This document shows, in pieces, positions 57,587 to 64,000 of a stretch of 64,000 nt of DNA. Both the position numbers and the translations under genes were made by a program. Below the pieces are notes generated by a model. It saw nothing but the letters and a program-made list of their open reading frames with translations. It made no database searches and was not told where the DNA came from. Every line of letters starts with the position of its first letter. Position 1 is the stretch's first letter. The stretch covers positions 640,001 to 704,000 of the forward strand of contig JAXGMI010000002.1 in the NCBI GenBank assembly GCA_040768745.1, read 5' to 3'. This DNA comes from Desulfomicrobium sp. (GTDB lineage: Bacteria; Desulfobacterota; Desulfovibrionia; Desulfovibrionales; Desulfomicrobiaceae).

Positions 57587-58072
57587 CTATTCCTCCACGT
57601 AGACCCTGGTGATGGCCACCGGCTCCGTGGGCACGTTTTGGTGAAAGCCGAAAGACCCCGTGGGCACCTGGGCAATGGCATCCACCACGTCCATTCCTTC
57701 TTTGACCTGGGCAAAGACGGCATACCCGAAGTCTCTGAGCCCGTGATCAAGGAATGCGTTGTCCCGCAGGTTGATGAAAAACTGGGATGTGGCGCTGTCC
57801 ACGGCCTGGGTTCTGGCCATGGACAGGGTGCCGCGCACATTTTTGAGGCCGTTATCAGCCTCGTTTTTGATGGGTTTGCGGGTCTTCTTCTCGCTCATGG
57901 ATTCTGTCATGCCGCCGCCCTGCACGACGAAATTGGGGATGACCCGATGGAAAACGGTCCCGTCATAAAAGCCTTCCTGAACATAGTTCAGAAAGTTCTC
58001 GCAGGTCAGCGGGGCCTTGTCCGCAAAAAGCTCGATCTTGATGGTGCCCAGGGTTGTTATCATCACAATCAT
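57587..58072 (-). CDS. Cyclophilin-type peptidyl-prolyl isomerase
   Basis: [35 protein letters not shown]. Confidence 0.95.
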   Translation of the reverse strand: MIVMITTLGTIKIELFADKAPLTCENFLNYVQEGFYDGTVFHRVIPNFVVQGGGMTESMSEKKTRKPIKNEADNGLKNVRGTLSMARTQAVDSATSQFFINLRDNAFLDHGLRDFGYAVFAQVKEGMDVVDAIAQVPTGSFGFHQNVPTEPVAITRVYVEE

Positions 58073-58192
58073 GGTTGTTCTCCTCAATAGTGCAAGATTT
58101 AGTATCAAGTCCCTGCCGGCTGGGGATGTGCGGTCTCCTTATGCCCTGTCTGGTCTGCTGGACAACAGAACTGCACACCAACGTTTTCCGGC

Positions 58193-58645
58193 TCAGAGAA
58201 ACCGCTCCAGAATCAAGGCGTCTTCTCCGCTGTCGGCGTAGTATTTTTTGCGCAGCCCGACCTGCATGAATCCGCACCTTGCGTACAGGGCCAGGGCTGG
58301 CCGGTTGCCCCGGCGAACATCCAGGACCACCCGTCCCACGCCAATCATGCGGCACCGATCCAAAAAACAGTTCAGCATCGTACCCCCGACAGCCTGTCTC
58401 CGCAAATCCTGCCGTACGGCAAGATTGACTATTTCCGCCTCACCGCCCATGCTGTAAGCCGTTATGTAGCCGCACAACGCATTGCCCTGAAAGGCGCCGA
58501 CGGCTATGAAGGATCCCTGGCCCAGCAGGGTGAAAAAACGCTGCTCGTCCCAGACATTGTCAAAGACTGCGGCCTCCAAGGCAGCCAAATCCGGGGCATC
58601 AGCGGGAACCAGGACCCGCAGTTCGAGATCCTTAACTTGCGTCAT
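58193..58645 (-). CDS. rimI: Ribosomal-protein-alanine N-acetyltransferase
   Basis: EAEIVNLAV, LDVRRGNRPALALY...GF...RKKYYADSGEDAL. Confidence 0.88.
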   Translation of the reverse strand: MTQVKDLELRVLVPADAPDLAALEAAVFDNVWDEQRFFTLLGQGSFIAVGAFQGNALCGYITAYSMGGEAEIVNLAVRQDLRRQAVGGTMLNCFLDRCRMIGVGRVVLDVRRGNRPALALYARCGFMQVGLRKKYYADSGEDALILERFL

Positions 58646-58672
58646 GAGCTGACCAGAACAATTGAAAAACAC

Positions 58673-59191
58673 ATGGCCGCAGAACAAACCTCGGAAAAAA
58701 TCTACATTGTGGATGCAGAAAACCGCCCTGTGGCGGTCATGGACGCTGAGCAGGTGCACCGGCAGCGTCTCTGGCACCGCGGCGTCCTGCTCATCCTGCT
58801 GGACCGGTCAGGCCGGCTTGTTCTGCGCAGACTGGGCAAAAACCATCCCCTCCACCCATCCAGATGGGATCTTACGGGAAGCGGCCATGTCCTCTGGCAC
58901 GAGGCCTCGGAAGAGGCCGCCTGGCGGTATCTTCCCATGGCCGCCCGTACAGCAGGCCCAGCCCTGTTTCATCGGTGCACCATGCACGAGGGCGTAGGAA
59001 CCGGGCTGGAAATCGTGGACGTCTTTCATGCCCATATCCCGGATCCCGTTGCAGGCACACTGGCCAGAGATACGGACTATCTGCTCGTGGACCAGGACGA
59101 ACTTCACGCCCTGGCCACATCATACGCGGATCAGCTCACCCCAGCCCTGCTCGACGTCTGGCGAAACAGCCCGGATACCCTGTCTAGTTGA
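58673..59191 (+). CDS. NUDIX / IPP-isomerase-like hydrolase
   Basis: IVDAENRP...VHRQRLWHRGV...WDLTGSGHV...EASEEAAWR. Confidence 0.7.
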   Translation: MAAEQTSEKIYIVDAENRPVAVMDAEQVHRQRLWHRGVLLILLDRSGRLVLRRLGKNHPLHPSRWDLTGSGHVLWHEASEEAAWRYLPMAARTAGPALFHRCTMHEGVGTGLEIVDVFHAHIPDPVAGTLARDTDYLLVDQDELHALATSYADQLTPALLDVWRNSPDTLSS

Positions 59192-60209
59192 TATAGACCT
59201 TGGAAAAAGTCGCCTCGTCCTCCAGACTCCGGCCCGTGCCCCGCACCACCGTGGTCAAAGGGTCATCGTCAATGTGCACCACCAGGGAGCTTTGCTGGGT
59301 GATGAGCTTGTCCAATCCCTTCAAAAGTGCTCCACCGCCGGCCAGAAGCATCCCATTGGTGGCGATGTCGGCCACCAGCTCCGGAGGGGTTTTTTCCAAC
59401 GCCCTGCGCACTGCGGCCACGATGGCCCCCACGGGCTCCTTGATGGCCTCCCGGATATGGCTGTCCGTCAGGGTGATGGACTTGGGATTGCCGTCCACCA
59501 GATTTTTGCCTGCCACCCTGTACTGCAGAGGTTCGGGCAGAGGAATGGCGGAAGCGATCTGAATCTTGGCCGCCTCGGCCATGTTCTCGCCGATCAAGAG
59601 CTGGAATTCGTCCTGCACATACCGCTGAATGGCCTCGTTGATCTCGTCCCCGGCAATGCGCACGGACTCCGAATATGCCACGGCCGAGAGGGAAATAACG
59701 GCCACCTCCGTGGTCCCACCGCCGATGTCCACGACCATGTTGCCCCGCGGTTCATCAATGGGCAGCCCCGCGCCGATAGCCGCAGCCATGGGTTCCTCGA
59801 TGAGCTTCACCTCCCTGGCCCCGGCCTGCAGTGCCGATTCGATGACCGCCCTTTTTTCCACCTGGGTGATGCCGGCCGGCACGCAGATGACCATGCGCGG
59901 CTTGACGATGCGCATGCCGGTGATGACCTTCTTGATGAAATAGGCGATCATTGCCTTGGTTACCTCAAAGTCGGCAATGACCCCGTCCTTCAGAGGCCGC
60001 ACGGCCCTGATCCGCTCCGGAGTCCGCCCAAGGTACTCCTTGGCTTCCCTGCCCACAGCCAGGATGGTCTCATTGCGCACGTCCAGGGCAACCACCGATG
60101 GCTCGTTCAAGACGATTCCGTCCTTGGGCGAGTACAGAAGGGTGTTGGCGGTGCCGAGATCCATGGCCAGATTCTTGCCCAGAAATCCGAAAAGTTTGCT
60201 GAAAAACAT
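59184..60209 (-). CDS. mreB: Rod shape-determining protein (MreB/Mbl)
   Basis: MDLGTANTL, PLKDGVIADF, VDIGGGTTEVA, AGGGALL. Confidence 0.96.
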   Translation of the reverse strand: MFFSKLFGFLGKNLAMDLGTANTLLYSPKDGIVLNEPSVVALDVRNETILAVGREAKEYLGRTPERIRAVRPLKDGVIADFEVTKAMIAYFIKKVITGMRIVKPRMVICVPAGITQVEKRAVIESALQAGAREVKLIEEPMAAAIGAGLPIDEPRGNMVVDIGGGTTEVAVISLSAVAYSESVRIAGDEINEAIQRYVQDEFQLLIGENMAEAAKIQIASAIPLPEPLQYRVAGKNLVDGNPKSITLTDSHIREAIKEPVGAIVAAVRRALEKTPPELVADIATNGMLLAGGGALLKGLDKLITQQSSLVVHIDDDPLTTVVRGTGRSLEDEATFSKVYIN

Positions 60210-60220
60210 CGGTATCCTTC

Positions 60221-61249
60221 CTAGTCGTTGACGTCGTGGTTGTCAGGTTCAGGCCGGTCGCTGTCCAGATCAGCCGGAACGGGGGGAGCGAATTGCTTGA
60301 CCCTGCTTTTCAGGTATAAATTTTCCAGAAAAAGAGCCAGATAGTCTGCAGCCATCCTGGCAAACGAGCGGATGTCCTCCCCGATGACCCGTCTTTCGCG
60401 GTCCCCGAAAACCAAAACCCCCCGGCAACGCTTGTGGACCTTCAGCGGCAAGGCCAGCAGCGTGTTCAGGGTCGGGACAGACACATCGCGGCCAAAAAGG
60501 GGAATGCGACCCAATTCGCTCTTGCCATCCCCGAACATGACCGGCTGGCTCTTCTTGAAGACCCATCCCAGAAGTCCGCTGCCGGTGCTGAAGGTCTGGC
60601 CGACGGCAGCCGCCTCGGTCATGAAGGGCCTGTTGCTGCCTTCGAGCATGTAGTTGTGCCCCCATTCGTCGCTGACCACCAGAAACGTGAATTCGTATCC
60701 ACTGGCCCCGGCCAGCAATGCCAGGTAATGGCTCAAAAAATCCGACCACGTAGGATGACTTTCCCGCAACCCGTAGACCTGTTGCAGTATGCGGTAGAGC
60801 TGTTGCTCGCGGAAGGAGGTTTCGGCATCGCCCATGTCCTTCACTATGGCAAACACGACCTGGGCAAAGAGCGAGAGGACCCGCTGGTTCTTGTCTGTGA
60901 ATGCGTACGTGCTCTTGCTGTCCATGCACAACGCGCCAAGACCCTCGGGGAGGGGGCAGCCCACGAAGACCTTGATCTGCTCGTCCTGCCCGGACCCGTA
61001 ATAACCCAGGAAAGCGTTCTTCTGGTCAAACTTCTCGACCAGAAGGGGCTTGTTGTTCTTCAGAATCCAGCCGACCAGGCCGTGCCCGGCCTCGATGACG
61101 AGATCTCTTGGTATGGAATCGCCCAAACTGAATGAGGCGCTGAGGTCAAAGCCTCCCTTGGCGTTGCGGCAGAACAGGACCACGGAATACGCGTCAAACA
61201 CGCTCCCGATACTTTCCAGCAGTCTGTCCAGGGATGAATATCTGGTCAT
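60221..61249 (-). CDS. Tandem GAF-domain protein
   Basis: Two GHGLVGW / GSGLLGW GAF-like repeats. Confidence 0.8.
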   Translation of the reverse strand: MTRYSSLDRLLESIGSVFDAYSVVLFCRNAKGGFDLSASFSLGDSIPRDLVIEAGHGLVGWILKNNKPLLVEKFDQKNAFLGYYGSGQDEQIKVFVGCPLPEGLGALCMDSKSTYAFTDKNQRVLSLFAQVVFAIVKDMGDAETSFREQQLYRILQQVYGLRESHPTWSDFLSHYLALLAGASGYEFTFLVVSDEWGHNYMLEGSNRPFMTEAAAVGQTFSTGSGLLGWVFKKSQPVMFGDGKSELGRIPLFGRDVSVPTLNTLLALPLKVHKRCRGVLVFGDRERRVIGEDIRSFARMAADYLALFLENLYLKSRVKQFAPPVPADLDSDRPEPDNHDVND

Positions 61250-61434
61250 GGGGTTCTCGAACACAAGGATGCCGTCTTGGAGGCCAAGGCCGGATACGGG
61301 CATATAGGGAATGAGGCCGGGCAGCAACCACCGCAACAGGGGAATGGGTGGAAAATCCTGTTTACGGGCACCTCAAAACATGCCACACAGTCTACACACA
61401 ACCCCAACAAACACAATGAGATAGTTAGCCCCAT

Positions 61435-63147
61435 ATGAACTGGAAAAACGCTTTCGCCAGGGTCCCGTCGTTGCGTACAGCGAAAGACGGATTGCTGATC
61501 CCACACACACCTCTGCGCAACATCGATGATCTGCGGACCTTCCTGGATTTTGTGCACATAAAATTCTGTCTTCTGAAGCCTTTTCAGGAAATCAGAAACT
61601 ATCCCGCTGTCGATGCCCGGGACCTTTTGCCATCCTTTGAACCCTTTCTCACCGAATTCCCCGCACTGCCCGGTTTTTCCATGGTCGCCCTGAACCGGAC
61701 CCTGGATTATTTCAACGAGGTCTTCCAGTTCGACCTCCTGCATACCTGCCGGGACCCCGATCAGACTGTCCAGGGCGAAATCTGCGTCCTGGAACACTCC
61801 CTGCAAAAAAAGAATGCGGAATGTTTCCTGCGCCACCTGCCCCGGGAGCAGCGGGAGGCGTTCAAGTCGGACACGACAGACATCCAGGTTTCGGACATTG
61901 ACTGCTATTCTCTGCTCATCCACTACCTGAGCCACATGGACCGGGCCCATGTCCTGTCCCTGGATCGGGACGGCCAATATTACCTGTCCGGGATCTATGC
62001 ATCCCTTCCTTCGGACCTGGACACGGAACTCAAACGATTCGGAATCAAGGCCCGTAAATTCCACCCCAATGACAATCGCCTTTATGAAAAAAACCGCGAG
62101 TTTGTTTATCAATTCCTGATGGAGCTCTATGGATACCCCATCTCATCGGAACGCAAGACGTCGGCCGCCATTTTTTCACGGCGGCTGCACAAAATGGGAG
62201 AACGGTTTTTGATCAAGGTCCTCGGCCAATCGGACCGGACCATCACATCCATCTTCAGCACCGACGCTGGCAGACCCTATCCGCAGGTCGAAAAAATCGC
62301 CCTGGTCCCCGTGGAAACCCGGGGCATGGATGTGGTCAGCACCCTTGAACGCGGCGGCTATTTCGTGGACGCCAAGAAAAGGATCGTCATCCTGCGCGTC
62401 GTGTACCGGCAGCACAAATTCGACGCCAACAACGTGCGCCAGGATCGGGCCTTGTCGGTTTCCAGACAGGAAATCGTCCACCCCCTGACCGGAGAGGTGT
62501 GCACGGCCATCAATCTGATCAAGGACTCCTATTCCATGAGCCTCAAGCTCAACGACATTGTGCGCGGCGAATTCACCGGCCGGGTGGTCTTCAAGGGAAA
62601 CGAGGTCGTGGAGAACACGGAAAGTCACGAAAAGCGGCTCAAATTTCTGCATTCCTGGCTGACCAAGCACCAGCGCCGCATGATCGGATATTCGGACGAA
62701 TTTTACCGGGATATCGTGCGTGTCCTGGATGGCTACCTGAACAATCCCGACGTGCGCGATGAATTGTCGGGACTGCACGACCTGCTGCAGGAAGTCTCCT
62801 CCAACTACAGCTACATCCAGCAGGCCAGGAAAATCCGTCAGATCGAGGAACTCAAAGACCGCCTGCACAAGGGCAAGAAAATTTCCTACCGCCACATGCT
62901 GCAGCTGACCACGGATCTCATGGCGGACCTCCGTTTCGAAGCGACAACGTATTTCGACACCCTGATCCGCAAGGCCATCTATTTCTCGGAGACCATCCTG
63001 AATGACCGCTACCTGATCAGGTCCTACATCCAGCCCAGGGAGGACCAGCTGACCGACAATGGGTTGCAGATCCGTAAACTTTACCGGCGCCTCGTTTCCC
63101 TGGTTGACGAACTGAAGGCCATACGCAAAACAAGGACCGACGCATGA
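61435..63147 (+). CDS. Hypothetical protein (570 aa)
   Basis: Long ORF with protein-like composition and a helical C-terminus; no recognised motif. Confidence 0.75.
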   Translation: MNWKNAFARVPSLRTAKDGLLIPHTPLRNIDDLRTFLDFVHIKFCLLKPFQEIRNYPAVDARDLLPSFEPFLTEFPALPGFSMVALNRTLDYFNEVFQFDLLHTCRDPDQTVQGEICVLEHSLQKKNAECFLRHLPREQREAFKSDTTDIQVSDIDCYSLLIHYLSHMDRAHVLSLDRDGQYYLSGIYASLPSDLDTELKRFGIKARKFHPNDNRLYEKNREFVYQFLMELYGYPISSERKTSAAIFSRRLHKMGERFLIKVLGQSDRTITSIFSTDAGRPYPQVEKIALVPVETRGMDVVSTLERGGYFVDAKKRIVILRVVYRQHKFDANNVRQDRALSVSRQEIVHPLTGEVCTAINLIKDSYSMSLKLNDIVRGEFTGRVVFKGNEVVENTESHEKRLKFLHSWLTKHQRRMIGYSDEFYRDIVRVLDGYLNNPDVRDELSGLHDLLQEVSSNYSYIQQARKIRQIEELKDRLHKGKKISYRHMLQLTTDLMADLRFEATTYFDTLIRKAIYFSETILNDRYLIRSYIQPREDQLTDNGLQIRKLYRRLVSLVDELKAIRKTRTDA

Positions 63148-63178
63148 ACATCCAAACCTTCAACAGCAGGTAGAATCC

Positions 63179-64000
63179 ATGTCCGAGTTGCTCACCACCC
63201 CCCTTCATGCCTGGCACAAAGAACATGGGGCCAGAATGGTGCCTTTCGCGGGCTGGGACATGCCGGTCCAGTATGCGGGCATCCTTGAAGAACACAAACA
63301 CACCAGGACCCAGGCCTCCATTTTCGACATTTCTCACATGGGCGAATTTCTGCTCAGTGGAGATGGAGCCACCGCGGCCCTCGCCGGCATCGTGACCCAC
63401 AACCTCGCCACCCTGGGCGTTGGCAAATGCAGGTACGGCTTTCTGCTGAACGAACGGGGCGGCGTTCTGGACGACCTCATCGTCTACCGCCTGGAAACCG
63501 ACAGATACATGCTCGTCGTCAACGGGGCCTGCATTGATTCGGACTTTGCTTGGATCAGGTCCCGTCTGCCAGGCGGCCTGACCTTTGAGAACAGGAGTTT
63601 CGAACTGGCCAAAATCGACCTGCAGGGGCCTGCCGCCTTTGACGTGCTCTCCAGGACCATCCCCGGGGACTGGGCCACACTGGGCTATTTTGGCTTCCGT
63701 GAAGTGGAATTCGACGGGTTTCACCTCATCGTCAGCCGGACCGGGTACACGGGCGAACTCGGGTATGAACTTTACCTGCCTTGGGACAAGGCCGAAACGA
63801 TGTGGTGCAGGCTCCTGACCGACAGTGCTGTGCGGCCGGCCGGCCTCGGCGCCCGGGACACCTTGCGCCTGGAGGCAGGACTGCCTCTTTACGGACAGGA
63901 CCTGGACACGGACCACACGCCGGTGGAAGCCGGATACGGAGCCATGATCACCTCGGAGGCCGAGTTCATCGGCAAATCGGGTTTGGCCACGGTACGCCAG
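63179..64000 (+). CDS. gcvT: Glycine cleavage aminomethyltransferase T, running off the window edge
   Basis: Not in the ORF track. MSELLTTPLHAWH...MVPFAGWDMPVQY...FDISHMGE...SRTGYTGELGYE...GLGARDTLRLEAG. Confidence 0.95.
   Translation, partial: MSELLTTPLHAWHKEHGARMVPFAGWDMPVQYAGILEEHKHTRTQASIFDISHMGEFLLSGDGATAALAGIVTHNLATLGVGKCRYGFLLNERGGVLDDLIVYRLETDRYMLVVNGACIDSDFAWIRSRLPGGLTFENRSFELAKIDLQGPAAFDVLSRTIPGDWATLGYFGFREVEFDGFHLIVSRTGYTGELGYELYLPWDKAETMWCRLLTDSAVRPAGLGARDTLRLEAGLPLYGQDLDTDHTPVEAGYGAMITSEAEFIGKSGLATVRQ

Overview
A GC-rich chromosomal window from a sulfate-reducing bacterium of the Desulfovibrionales type (inferred from gene content and order; Desulfomicrobium-like). It has two parts divided by a tRNA-Ala(GGC) at 29131-29206. 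The left ~29 kb is accessory. It holds (i) a partial AAA ATPase and a Y1/HUH transposase with 27-bp terminal inverted repeats; (ii) a minus-strand catabolic cluster (IclR, TRAP transporter, unknown 420-aa protein, RidA, D-cysteine desulfhydrase/D-cysteate sulfo-lyase-family enzyme, Asp/Glu-family racemase, broken DAACS symporter) whose dctP is split by an IS3-like element; (iii) a pile of mobile-element remnants (IS66 ends, an IS21-like end, the 5' part of a group IIC intron next to a terminator-like hairpin) plus a full IS66; and (iv) a 13-kb molybdenum aldehyde-oxidoreductase operon with cofactor-maturation genes and several uncharacterised enzymes. Right of the tRNA is a putative sigma54-driven operon (KamA-type aminomutase, two ATP-grasp ligases, GNAT, degenerate phosphoesterase lipoprotein), a macro-domain gene, an ActP-like symporter/DUF294/exonuclease module, and core genes (glk, secDF-yajC, nadE, rho, carD, pth, rplY, prs, tRNA-Gln, ispE, DegQ, PPIase, rimI, mreB, gcvT). 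The best candidates for undescribed biology are the aminomutase/ATP-grasp/GNAT operon, the racemase/sulfo-lyase/TRAP cluster with its unknown protein, and the accessory enzymes of the aldehyde-oxidoreductase operon. All calls come from reading motifs by eye; no database searches were run.
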